From Eledone cirrhosa (Eukaryota), in assembly GCA_964016885.1 (NCBI GenBank), contig OZ024743.1:19964001-20028000 (forward strand): a stretch of 64,000 nt of DNA, read 5' to 3'. Both the position numbers and the translations under genes were made by a program. This document shows, one piece after another, positions 39,872-56,973 of the stretch (position 1 is the first letter of the stretch; each line of letters begins with the position of its first letter). The notes beneath the pieces are model-generated. The model ran no database searches. It was not told the origin of the DNA and worked only from the letters and a program-made list of their open reading frames with translations.

Positions 39872-40475
39872 TGACCTATTTTCACCCCTAAAATAACCTT
39901 TTCATTCTTCATACTCCTTCCATTCAAAACTGAAATCTGCCTTCTTCTACCCCTAAAATAAATTTCAATTACTACTATTTTACCATTTGGCCAATTATTA
40001 AATTTCTATTGGTTAATTCAAAACCTGTTCCCAAACAGACCTACTATATTAAATCTTTGATGGTTTTATTCAATGAACAAATATAATTATTTCTGAGGTC
40101 AGCATATGACCTATTCTCATCCCTAAAATAATCTTTCATTCATAATTGTTTCTACTTTTGACACAAGGCCAGCAATTACCCAGTGCATTACTGGTACTTT
40201 ATTTTATCGACCCCGTAAGGATGAAAGGCAAAGTCAACCTCGGCGGGATTTGAACTCAGATCGTAAATCTTTCATTCATAATATTCTTTCCATCCAAAAC
40301 TGAAATCTACCTTCCTCTACCCATAAATTAAGGTTCTTTTACTACTATATTACTATCTTGACCTTCACTATCTTTCTATTGGTCAATTCAAAACCTGTTC
40401 CCAAACAGACCTATTGTATTAAATCTTTGTTGATTTTATCAATAAACAAATATCATTATTTCTGAAGACAGCATA
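39872..40475 (+). repeat. ~235-bp tandem duplication in the PLE 3' region, second copy interrupted by a SINE
   Basis: tgacctatt...aaaacctgttcccaaacagaccta...ttctga..cagcatat occurs twice. Confidence 0.85.
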
Positions 40476-40646
40476 TATATGTGTAGGTATGTATATTCCC
40501 TCTGATAGTTTGTAAAAATTTTACATAGATCTATAGGATATGCATACCAACACTAACATATATACATATATATCCTAGAAACGATCGTAAAATGATGAAT
40601 TTTTTAATATAAGGAACTGTTTCTTTGTTTATTCATTATTGTATTA

Positions 40647-40719
<73 letters not shown>

Positions 40720-40933
40720 GTGAGAGAGAGATAGAGAGAGAGAGAGTTTCACACAAATTATCAAAGCATACTTAAGAACAATGCATGTTCTCAATTATGG
40801 TTTGCTAATTTGTTGTGGAACTAATTCTATACCATACTCATCCTTTGGACTGAGTGCTTTACCAGCTCTAGATATAACCTCCTGTTTTTTTTTACCACAC
40901 ATATATAGATATATTTGTGTATATATATATATA

Positions 40934-41190
40934 GGCACATGGCTTAGTAGTTAGAGCATTGGGCTTACAATCATGAGGTTGTGAGTTTGATTCTTGGACT
41001 GAGATTTGCATTGTGTCCTTGAGCAAGACTCTTTATTTCACGTTGTTCCAGTTTACTCAGCTGTAGAAATGAGTTGTGACATCACAGGTGCCAAGTTGTA
41101 TCAGCCATAGCCTTGGACAGCATCGGTGACATGGAGAGGGAGGTAGTATGCATGGGCGACTGCTGGTCTTCCAAAAACAAACATGGGAAG
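40934..41190 (+). mobile_element. CORE-like tRNA-derived SINE (related copy 46075-46213, minus)
   Basis: A box tggcttagtagttaga, B box gagtttgattc, then ttgtgtccttgagcaagac. Confidence 0.7.
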
Positions 41191-44100
41191 GATATCCAGC
41201 TGTAGCAGGCTTCCAAAAGTAAGACTTGTGAAGACCCTGTAGTGTTTGGTAATCTACACAATAAATGCTACCAATACATACTGTAATGTGGTTGGTGATA
41301 GCAAGGGCATCCAGCCATTGAAAGCTTGCCAGAAAAGGGTCAAGAGAACAGTTTATTCATGTCAAGGATATGACAAACTCCCTAGTGTTAGTGATTTACA
41401 CGATAAACACACCCAGTACACGCTATAAAGTGGTTGGTGATAGGAAGAGCATCTGGCCATAGAAATCTTGCCAAACAAAGAGTTGCAAGAACTCTCAGGT
41501 GTGTCAAAGGAATGACAACCTCTCTAGTGAACTCAGTGGAATGTGAGACACAGACCACTGGCCTGTCTGGGAGATCAGTGGCTCTGTTTCAGTAATGCTT
41601 TGGCCTATGTAGACCCATTCAACCTTTACTAGCAGGGAAAGCAGATATTAAAATGACAATAATGATTATATATATATATATATCATCATCATCATCACCA
41701 TTTACCGCTGTTATGAGTTAGATGTGTTATCCTGTTATGAGCAATGCTAGGTCACATGGCCATGTCATGCTCATACAGAACCGATTTTGGCTTGATTTCT
41801 ACAGCTGGATGCCCTTTCTAGCACCAACCTTATTTAGAGTGAGTACTGAGTGCTTTTTGTTGTGACATCTACATGAACACTTTACAGTGTGGACTGGGTG
41901 CTTTTTGCCGTGACATCTACACGACCACTTTACAGTGTGGGCTCGGTGATTTTTACCATACATGACAACTCTACAGTGTGGACTGGGTGTTTTTTTGCCA
42001 TGAGACTTACACGACCACCTTGCAGTGTGGGCTGGGTGCTTTTTGTTGTGTCGCCATCATGACCACTTTACAGTGTAGGCTTCAGGCTCCATTGGATGTA
42101 TAATTCAGCTTGTCTTCATGGGAGATGTGTTGGGTGGTGCATATTATACACCAGAGTGGTTGTCAGATAATTGACAGGGCCAAATGTTTGTGTTTTCTTT
42201 ATCTATTCACTCATTGCATTACAATATTTTCCAATGTGACACTGCGACCAGAGAGGCTCTCTGATCGACTGCAGGATAAAGAGGTCTCTCCAGTACACGT
42301 AGCCTTCAATTCCCCACCACATTTATCTTTAGTATTGCCATGCTTGGGCTGACGGTCAGGTCTTTTGTATTATAGTATCAAACTAATCGATAGTTATGTG
42401 GCAATTCATTCATGAGTTTCAGTTCTTGAGGGCATTCCTCACAAACTCATCACATGTTTTCACTGCTATTTTTCTTCCATATATTCTATCAATTTTAAGC
42501 ATTCAGCACTTCATTTAATATAAACTTATTCTACTTACACATCACATGTACCATACCAGTGCAATCATCTCTCTTGCATGTAGCATTCACTTCTGCTTAT
42601 ACTCAGTTTAAATATTTAAATAGATGTGTATTTATTTACATATTTCTTGCAGCTTTGGTTAAAACTTTTATCGTTTTGTACAGATATAAATGCATATATT
42701 CTTCAGTTGCTTAATTCACATACATACATACATATATATATATATATGTATGTATGTGTGTGAAAACCGATGTTAAATGATGATGATTGCATACATAAAC
42801 ATACACATACGCACATACATACATACATGCAGACATACATATGGTGGCTGCCAATTCGTTTTCGAGTACGGCCACTACTTTATATCCATGTAGGAGAACC
42901 CCTACCGATGCGCTGAACAAGTGTGACATTTTAGTCCAGTCAGCAACTTGAAAACTCTGGTACAAACACTACACTTGTGACAATTATTGACACATAGTGC
43001 TGGGCCCATGGTACCATGTGACGACAAGTGCAGAGAGATCTCCAGTTATAAAGCAATGCCTGTGCCGTGAAGCTTTTATAGTGAGCAAAGGCACTGCACA
43101 AAGCCAGTCCCACTCTCTTAACCAAGATGATATTTACACACATACATACATGCATACATACATACATGACGGCTGCAACTCAATTTCAAGTAATGCCATC
43201 TCTTGATACTTAAGCATGAGCATCACAGACGTGGCTTTTTAGTTTTGCTAGGGACTTGCCTATGGCCAGCAATAACATGCATCGCAAAAATGTCACATAT
43301 CAAGCGATTCCTGTGCTTGAAGCTTTTTTAAGTGAGGAAAGGCTTTGCACGGAGCCAATGCCACTCTCTGAACATCAAACGCATTTGCCCAAAAAGAAGA
43401 ACTGGTCTACATCATTGGAGGCAAATGAATTCATAGGTTTTATATCAGTATGCCCTTCAACTAGAGAGATGTCTTAATGAAGACTAGGAGTCTCTGACTC
43501 AAAAAAAAAAAATTATTGGATGGCCATTGACTCTCCTGAGTTCCTCTGCCCTTTAATGGGTTTTGTCTTTTATCGTGCAGGGTAGCCAAATCACCCTCCT
43601 TACCAAGCAAGCTTGGAGGGTTGCCGGTTTAGTCACGAACGACCTGACCTTGCATATGTTGTACTGGGTTACATGTTCCCAGTAGCACTGAAGAGAAACC
43701 TGACATGCATACATGCATTTATACAAACCTGTATTTATATACTATCAGGTCTCTGTTAATATTGTTAGAATCTTTAGGAGTATGGCTTAGAGGGAAATGA
43801 CATAAAACAATATCAATTTTACTATTGGCTCAATGATACAAAAAAAGAGTTTTGTTCCTATGTTATATTTATAGTGACAAAAATATTGCCAAACTTGCAA
43901 CTAATGTCTCAAAATACTTATAACTTTAAACATTGAAATATATGTCTACTACTCATGCATTACAGAAAGAATAATAGAAACCAAGATGATACTTTTTTAG
44001 TAAAATTATTTTTAGTAAAAAGATATTTTTTAGTAAAACGTAGGCTTTGAATACAGCTATATATCTCTGGCACATATATTCAATAAAGCTGGTTGTGTCT

Positions 44101-45196
44101 GGAAATATAAAAGTTACTTTTAAATTGGTGATATGGAGCATTGTCAGCAGTTGCAGACTCACCTGTTATTTGTATGTTATAAAATATTGAATAATCCTCA
44201 AAATACTAAAACCAACCACAACTTGCCACAAAGATTTTATTGTCAAAATAAGAATGCTTATTTTTGTTTTTGATTTTCTTTGTGTTATCAAATAAATTTA
44301 AAGCTTTTATTCATATGGTAAATAGTGGTGATGAAGAGTTGGGTAGATGAATGTCCTCCATCCATATGCTTAAAAGTCCTTTCATGTTTTTCATTATGCT
44401 GGTTTTATTTCTAATTAATTTTGTAGCAGTTTTGAGTGTAAACTTTAATTTTTTGCCATTACTATAAAATGTTCACACAGCTTTTAATTTGCAGCAAACA
44501 ACTATTTCAATATCTACAGTTTGCTGTCCATTGTTGAACCTCAATAAATTAGTATCTGTTTTATGTTTTCAAGGTTTTTGTGCCCACAAAGGGCAGCTAT
44601 GCATTGCTCATTTAGCTATCCTTACAACAAGAATTAGTCAAGGAATAAATATTTGTAAAGTGAAAATTGTAAAGGACACTGCCTATCTCCTCTCAGTTCA
44701 AAATCAAATTGTAGTTTCCACTCAGATGCTTTGCTTTCATTTATACCATTGCCCCACCTTTCATTTATTCATTTGTTTCCCTTATTTTTTATCATTTTTA
44801 TTTAATAATATGTCTAAAAGGTCGTCAAAATGGTAACTTGTTAATAGAATACCAAAAAAGAAACACTTTCACACAGATCAAGGAGACTAAAGTTGCTGTT
44901 TAGAATTTTAAGTAGATTAACCCTTTAGCATTTAAACCGGCCATATCTGGCCAGAATTTTCTCACCTCTTTCTGTTCAAACTGGCTGTAACCGGCCACTC
45001 ATACTTATCTTAAGGTATTGTTCTCAAAATATATAATATGAAAATCTCAGAGATTCGATATTATGTGAGGTAATTATGTAAGATGTAAGGTAAAGCCTTT
45101 ACCACAAAAATACAATAGTATATATAGAGTAATGTAAATGTTAAAGGGTTAATCAATAACAAAAAAAACCTGATTTAGAAACCTTAATTTTATATG

Positions 45197-45405
45197 TTAA
45201 CCCTCGTGTTCCATGAAACAAAATCCCTTTTTAAAATATCCCAACTAAAATTACAGCCCTCCAATATAATTTTATTTAAGAATATTTGTTTATATTGCAA
45301 ATATCATTTTATGAAATTATGATTTCAGTAAATACTTCACAAATTTCTCTTTAATTACTTAAAATACGACATATTTCATTAGAAATACAGTAACAAAAGG
45401 GTTAA
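45197..45405. mobile_element. Second piggyBac-like MITE family
   Basis: TTAA-CCCT... and ...AGGG-TTAA termini with imperfect terminal inverted repeats. Confidence 0.55.
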
Positions 45406-46215
45406 ACACAAATTCATTATTTACTTAACTTTAGATTGTTTCTTTGCATACAATCTATTGTCATACCTTAAAGAAGTTACAACTTCTTGAAGTAAACAAC
45501 AGACATCTCGAGATAATATCTTAGGTGATGATCATAAAATAAACAAAGTTCAATGATGAATATCTTTATTCATTTCTTTTTTAATTTGAATTAAAAGAAC
45601 AAAGTAGGTTAATAAAAAAAAGATAGAAAAAATATAATAAAACATTTGGTATAAGAGATATACACTTTAGAATACAATAAAATAAAGTAATACCAGGGAT
45701 AAGGTTACCAATAAAATATGTTAAACAGAAACTCTACTCTCTCTTTCTTAAAATAAACACTCTGAATACTACACTTTACTATACACTTTTAACACTGACT
45801 ATCAAATTTGTGTCGAAGCATAGAGTGCCGAAACAAGTGCCACTTGTAGTAATTACAAACCAACTGGGTATATCATCATCATCATCATCATCATCATCAT
45901 TTTACGTCCACTTTTCCCTGCTTGCAAGGGTGGGACGGGAACTGATTCTGGCTTGATTTCTACAGCTGGATGCCCTTCCTAACACCAACCTCATTTACAG
46001 TGAGTGGTGGGTGCTTTTTTGCCGTGGCACCTCCACGACCACTTTGCAGTGGAATGATAGGGACCCCAGTCCCTATCATCTCATTTCTACAGCTGAGTAA
46101 ACTGGAGCAATGTGAAATAAAGTCTCTTGCTCAAGGAAACAACACATCACCCGGTCTGAGAATTGAACTCACAACCTTTCGATTGCAAGGCCAATGCTCT
46201 AACCACTAAGCCATA

Positions 46216-49800
<3,585 letters not shown>

Positions 49801-49803
<3 letters not shown>

Positions 49804-50050
49804 AGATATTTAATTTGTTGGTAATTCAACAAATATATTTATAACAGATTTGAAGCACTCGACAAGTTTTCTGGAGTATAATATCAATGATATTAATAAA
49901 TGGAAACTATATTTATGAAACCATATTTATTCTATTATATATATTTCAAGGGTACCAAAATTTTGGTATGCTCTCATCAGATAAAATACAAAGTTTGTTT
50001 TATAAATAGTGACATACCCAGGAATCAGACCTTAACGGCTCAAGTTCCAT
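49801..50050 (-). mobile_element. HHR mini-element (18609 family), hammerhead at 49928-49988
   Basis: Homologous to 18609-18880 and 15916-16075; TA flanks. Confidence 0.8.
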
Positions 50051-51040
50051 ATATATATATAATATATTAACAAAGCTATTAGAATAGTAATTCATATAAC
50101 CCCAGCTCCCCAGGTGGCCAACTGCTCACACAATGAGAGATTAGATTTTAATGTGGGAATGCATAAAACCATATCTCAGAGTGCACGCAATATGTTATTT
50201 GTAATGGGGACAAATGCACATAGATCATGGTAAATTTATTACCAATAATTCCCAGAATAAAATCTTAGCTCCTGCAAGTATGGAGTGATCAGACAGATGC
50301 AACTGCACCCAGTGGAGCCCACCTACATATAGAATGCTATAATTTAATCTTTATAATGAATAAATAACTTTTTCGAAAAATACATAAGTGGAAACAAAAC
50401 AGTGCAGTCAAATTTTTGTGGGAAAATATCTAACCTTCTCCAATAAAACATATATATTTTGCGAAATCTGGAGACTTTCAATAACGACCAGAAGTGAACC
50501 CTAAATATTACTAATAGCTCTAGGAAAGCCATGAATGACACCACATCTTTTTAACTTTGATTTCGGAAGTAGGTTTATAATAATCAATTTTCATTATACC
50601 TTTGTAGCTGTCATGGTGGCCTAGTTGGAGGAATCATAGACGGTGGTGATCCTGGTCTGAAGTTTGATCCAGGTCCCAGTAAACCTTTTCAGTTTTTTTC
50701 TATTGGTTGTAAAATAAAAATTGAAAAAGTTTACATGTACCTCTTGACCAGGATTGAACCCATGGCCAGGATCTTCAACATCTCTAGTACCTACCCCTAG
50801 GCCACAGAGAGAACTATGAAAATCTTGTGAAAATTCATACTTATAAAACTACTTTCAAAATGTTCACAACAAAGTGTTGTGGTTTCGTTCATGTCTTTCT
50901 TAATGTTATTGCTCCTACTTAAGGTCGACTTCTAAATCATATGGGTGTTCTATAATCTACATCCTCATTTTGTTTCTCATCTATCTAGACTACATTTTAA
51001 CCTGTAATCCATTTTTCATTTCTGTTCCACCTCATTTCTG

Positions 51041-51105
<65 letters not shown>

Positions 51106-51139
51106 TCACTCTCTCTCTTTCTCTCTCTTTCTCTCTCTT

Positions 51140-51212
<73 letters not shown>

Positions 51213-51220
51213 TTCTCTCT

Positions 51221-52620
51221 GTGATATTTGAATCTACTATGATTTTGGCTTACCTTATTCCTATATATAGAGAGCGAATTGATCTAGATGAAATGCAGTT
51301 TGGGTTTATGTCAGGTAAAAGTACCACAGATGCTCTTTTCCTTGTACGACAACTACAGGAGAAGTACCTAGCTAAAAGTAAACCCCTATACGTAGCTTTT
51401 GTTGACTTGGAGAAAGCCTTTGACAGAGTTCCCCGCTCCATTACCTGGTGGGCTCTTAGAAAACTAGGTGTTGATGAATGGCTTGTGAGAGCTATACAAG
51501 CCATGTATAGAGAAACAGTCAGCAAGTTTAGAATTAACAACGAATATAGTGAAGAATTTAGCGTAAAAGTTGGTGTTCATCGGAGCTCTGTCCTTAGCCC
51601 CCTCCTATTTATTATTGCCCTTCAGGCTATAACAGAGGAGTTCAAGACCGGCTGCCCATGGGAACTTCTATATGCAGATGATCTAACGCTCATAGCTGAA
51701 TCAATGGCTGAACTAGAGAAGAAATTCCAAACATGGAAGTATGGCCTAGAATCAAAAGGCCTTAAAATTAACTTGTCTAAGACTAAGGTACTAGTATTTA
51801 GGAAGGAAAATAGGGCACTGGTCCCCTCTGGGAAATGGCCATGCTCAGTGTGTAGGAAAGGAGTAGGCAAAAACTCCATTTTATGTCCTAAATGCAAAGT
51901 ATGGGTGCATAAAAGATGTAGTGGGATCACAGGTAAGCTAACTAAGAACATAGATTTTATATGTGGCCAGTGCTCAGGTGCAATAAGAAGTAGCAAGTGC
52001 CTACAGTATACTAGCTCCTTCCATTGCCCAGATGGTTCTATAGAAATAGTGGACACCTTCTGTTACCTGGGTGACAAAATCAGTAGTGGTGGAGGGTGCT
52101 CTGAAAGTACAGTAGCCAGGTCAGAACGGGATGGAAAAAGTTCAGAGAGCTTATACCACTATTGGCCGCTAAAGGTTTCTCTCTAAAAATGATAGGCAGA
52201 CTATATGATGCCTGTATATGAATAGCAATGTTACATGTCAGAGAGACATGGGCATTGTGTGCAGAGGATCTGCACAGACTGGAGAGGAATGAAGCTTGCA
52301 TGCTCTGTTGGATGTGTAATAGTAATATACGTGAACGGCAAAGCATAAATGAACTAAGTGAGAAATTTGGAAGAGGGATCAGATGCTGTTTACTCGAGAG
52401 AAGACTACGTTGGTATGGTCACGTGATGCGCATGAAAGATGACAGCTGTATTAAAAAGTGCAGGGCGATCAAAATTGATTGAATCTACGGAGTAGGTAGA
52501 CCCAGAAAAACCTGGGATGATTTGATAAACTCCGACCTTACACACCTACACCTCTCAAAGACAATGTCACTGGACCGAGATCTTTGGCACTACACAGTAC
52601 TACAGAAGACCCGCCTTGCC
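51221..52620 (+). pseudogene. 5'-truncated RTE-clade LINE RT with internal PHD-type finger, frameshifted near the C-terminus
   Basis: QFGFMSGKSTTDA, AFVDLEKAFDRVPR, LSPLLF, LYADDL, CSVC...CPKCKVWVHKRC...CGQC, FCYLG, RRLRWYGHVMR and GRPRKTW. Confidence 0.9.
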
Positions 52621-53081
52621 TAAGTACAAAGCGAAACCTGCAGTCAGTAGGCACCTCTTAACAAAAATACACCCCCCATCCCACTACCCCAACCCCATCC
52701 CCATCTACACCACCCCTTTCTCTGTAAAGGTATGTTGGTACCACAACATCCAGTCCTAAATAAATGAAGTTGTGTAGGTGTCACGACAAAATAAAACACA
52801 GTCCACGCTGTAATGTGGCCATGTAGGTAACACGGTAAAAGCCTCATAGTCCACACTGTAAATATGGTTTTTGTTAGGAAGGGCATCCAGCCATAGAAAA
52901 CCTGCTAGACAGTCCTATACGAGCAAGACAACCAATCTTGCCTCAAGTGGGACAATTCCCGTCTAAACCCATGCTAGCATGGAAGATAGACATTAAACGA
53001 TGATGATGATGATATCATCATCATTTTACGTCCGCTTTTCCCTGCTTGCAAGGGTGGGACATATATATATATATATATATA

Positions 53082-53469
53082 CAGTGGCGGACTGCATCTA
53101 AAAATATTCGTTGCCAGGAGATGAAGGGGGCCCACCTACATATAGAATGCAATCATTGAATTTTATATAATGAATAAATAACATTTTCAAAAAATACATA
53201 AGTGGAAACAAAACTGCAATCAAATTTTTGCAGAAAACTATCTTACCTTCTCCAATAAAAAATATTATGTATTTTGCAAGATCCATTGACCTTAAATAAT
53301 GACCTTTGATCTTTCACACTCAATATATATATATATATATAGATGTGTGTGTATGTGTGTGGGTGTGTGTGTGTATATATATATACACACCACCTTCACC
53401 ACTAATTGATTTGATGGATGTCTTTAACCCAAATATTATTTGGTCAGTAGTTCGTGTGTAAGTATATAA

Positions 53470-53507
<38 letters not shown>

Positions 53508-53866
53508 GCTTGTGTGTGTGTGTCTACATATGTATGTTTGCATGCATGCATGAATACACTAAGCTTTAGATTTAGTAGAATGTACAATCACTGATTCCAG
53601 CTATTTGCACTATCGTATATTTTGGTTTCTACTAATTCCCTGGGGAATTGGTTGACCAAATGCTTTGCTTAATTGTTTTATTTATTTTATTTTTTTTATT
53701 TTATTCTTTCTCTTATATTTCAGGTATTTTTTGAAAGCAAAGCATTGACCCCTAAAATACTACAGTGGGCCCTGCAATGGTACCGTGGGCTTTTGCAATG
53801 CTACCGTGGGCCCCCTGGGGCCCACTTGCCATTGTGCAACCTGGAAACCTGGCCAGTCCGCCAATG
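53082..53866. mobile_element. Putative non-autonomous DNA transposon (hAT-like termini)
   Basis: cagtggcggactg ... cagtccgccaatg inverted termini; internal 53127-53300 is repeated at 50317-50500; no TSD seen. Confidence 0.45.
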
Positions 53867-54492
53867 GCTGCACCTGTCCTTCACAGAGGTTGTAGCTTGC
53901 ATAAACTGTGCAACCCATACCTTATCACTTCATTAGTGGGATAGACCTTCCGAAACACCAGTAGGCTTTCACTTTTACCTCATGTATCATGTTACAATTT
54001 ACTACTAGACTGATGTAGCAACAGACTGACAGCAACACATGACAAATAGCCATCTATTGCTAAGGAATGTGTTTGGTTGGAAATTCAAAAAGTTAAATAC
54101 ATAGACAAAAGCTCTCAAGCATAAAAAAATATAAAGAACTTGCAAAAAAATACAGAGATAAAGACAATAAGTGAAGAGATGGTACATTGAAAAGGATCCG
54201 TCAAACCCATGCAAGCATGAAATGATAGATATAAAATTACGATGATGATGATGATATATATATAAATATATATATCATCATCATCATCATCATATATATA
54301 TATATAAGTTCACGTGCTGTTGACGGACATGAGAATGAGTACTCAATACCGAAGTAGAGTTTAAGTATTCTTTATTAAGGCTAAATGATAAATCTTGTTA
54401 CTCTGGAGTCCACAGGTGAAACCCCAGAGTAACAAAACTCATGACATAGCCATAACAAAGAATATATACATACATGTGTGTGCACGCGGGCA

Positions 54493-54533
<41 letters not shown>

Positions 54534-54726
54534 ACGCGTGTATATTATAATTTAATTGAGTGTGACTTTGAATAATCTAAATAACAAAGTGATTACTATT
54601 CAAATTGTTATAAATATTAGACTGCGTGTATGTATTGTGTACTTTATTCAGACAATATTTATTACTTTTTGCATATAGTAACACTTTTTTTAAACTACAT
54701 AGACACACAACAGACATATAAACATA

Positions 54727-54802
<76 letters not shown>

Positions 54803-54835
54803 CTATATATCTATATATATATATACATATATATA

Positions 54836-55779
54836 ACAACTCCACTTCCTCGACAACCTCATTAAGATCCATAACAAAAAAATAGAAACAGACATATACT
54901 ACAAGCCCACAGACTCCAAGCAATATCTTCCTTTCAACTCTTGCCACCATAGACACGTTAAAATTAATATTCCCTATAACTTAGCCAAGAGAATCTGTAC
55001 TATAGTCTCCAATAAAAACACCTGCTAGTTACGGCTACAAGAACTAAAGGACACACTCATGGGCAGGGACTACCCTGCATCACTAATTGACAATGGAATC
55101 CAACGTACCCTAAAACTCAGTACCCAGGACCTTAGACACCCTAAAGTAAATCAACCGAAACTAAAAGCTCTTCCATACATCTCCACACACAACCCCTCAA
55201 CAATGAGGCCTTTGACACCATTCTCCAGAACATCCCTGTGTTGAAAAAGGACCATAGAATGAACCAAATCCTACGAACACACGATATCATAAAGAGCAAA
55301 AGACAATCTAAGTCAATGAAAAACATCCTAACACATGCCAAAGTACTGCCAACCACAACAACGAAACCCACAGTAAAAAATGCGATAGACCCAACTGTGG
55401 CATTTGCATCAACCTAATAGAGGGTTCGGAATTCTATTTCAAAGAAGGACAACGTTTTATAGTAAAATACAATTTCACATGTGCATCGGAAAATCTAATA
55501 TATGTATTAACTTGCTCAGGCTGTCGAGAACAATACATAGGCCAGACCAAAAACAGCCTCCGCCAACGCATGACTGTCCATAGATCCCAAATTAAAATAC
55601 GGAAATACAGGAAAATACCACTGAGTGAACACATTGATACCTGTGCCGCCCAAAATCATCCCAACTTCAGAATCTTTCCCCTCTACAAATTTAAAGATAA
55701 TGCCACCCACACCCAGCGCATCAGCAAGGAATCTTACTTTATTAACAAATACGGACCCCGTCTAAACACTTCTCCCTAA
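54836..55779 (+). pseudogene. PLE remnant (Neptune/Nematis-like): RT thumb, Cys-rich linker, GIY-YIG
   Basis: TDIYYKPTDSKQYL..SCH, LPYISTHNP, CDRPNCGIC, CASENLIYVLTCSGC..YIGQT...RMTVH and KESYFI...PRLN across frameshifts. Confidence 0.85.
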
Positions 55780-55891
55780 GACGAACCTACAACATACACA
55801 CGTCAACATACATACCTACATCAGCACACATCTCTACCCACATATAAACACAATGACATACGTAAACACACATGTTCTATGATGCAACACA

Positions 55892-55935
<44 letters not shown>

Positions 55936-56169
55936 ATATATATATATATATATATATAGTGAATATCATTTCACACCTTTTATTATTAAGGTTTTTGATG
56001 TTCTATTGAGAGAATCGATTTTACTGAAAATATCGAATAATGTACACCATTTTACCAGGGAAAAAAATACTGGTCCACCCACACACACACACACACACAT
56101 TCTCACACACACACACACACATATATACACACACACATACACACGCGTACATTAACATACAAAGAGACA

Positions 56170-56445
56170 TATACACACACACACACACACTTCTCCGTAT
56201 AAGCCAAGAGCTGAAAAATATCTTTTAACATGTTAAAATATCCCCCACTCACTTACAGACACATTCCTACTGACCATCCCTCTACCACGAATTACTCTGC
56301 TACACACACACACACTTCTCCGTATAAGACAAGAGCTGAAAAATATCTTTTAACATGTTAAAATATCCCCCACTCACTTACAGACACATTCTTACTGACC
56401 ATCCCTCTACCACAAATTACTCTGCTACACACACACACACACACA
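56170..56445 (+). repeat. ~125-bp tandem duplication with (CA)n spacers in the PLE 3' region
   Basis: cttctccgtataag...aattactctgctacacac occurs twice. Confidence 0.85.
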
Positions 56446-56806
56446 CACACACTTGTCTTAATAGGCATTTGAACTGTCAACAGGCTGCGGTTCGCACACA
56501 CATCCCTGCTAACCATTATCACAACAACGAACACTTTACTACTACTACACACACATATTTGTTGTGAAAGAGTCATTTCTCAGTCAGCCGACACAAACCT
56601 ACATTTGGCGCAAAATCAATTTTTTACATTCACATGACCTCTACCGACCAATCAAAATTGTTTTGACCACAAGAATTTTTGCAACACGAATTGGCGCAAA
56701 ACCTATTTTAATACCGTTGGAGCTACTTTTTTAACATAAAAACAGGTAGAATTCCCAAAACTAATCAGATCAGAGCAAACATCACGGACGCTCTATCTCA
56801 AAATTA

Positions 56807-56842
56807 TTTTTGAAAAGCATTAGAAATGCGCAACCGGTAAAA
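56807..56842 (+). ncRNA. Decayed U3-A8 hammerhead in the putative pLTR of the 54836 PLE
   Basis: ttt TTGAAAA gcat-tagaa-atgc GCAA ccgg TA aaa; the context is homologous to 5127-5325. Confidence 0.55.
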
Positions 56843-56973
56843 CTTGAAACCAAAACTGAATACTAACCAATACAATTACTAATTCTCACTTATTCCTAAT
56901 TAAACTATTTTTCACTGTGAACAATTTGTCAGCATTTTCTATTCCGTTTACCAATACATATATATATATATAT

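Noticed and set aside
45790-45855. GAAA-caagtg-c-cacttg-TA stem with upstream CTGACTA; similar weak motif at ~60985-61020
   Set aside because: Core and stem I are too degenerate to call, although these may be old HHR relics.
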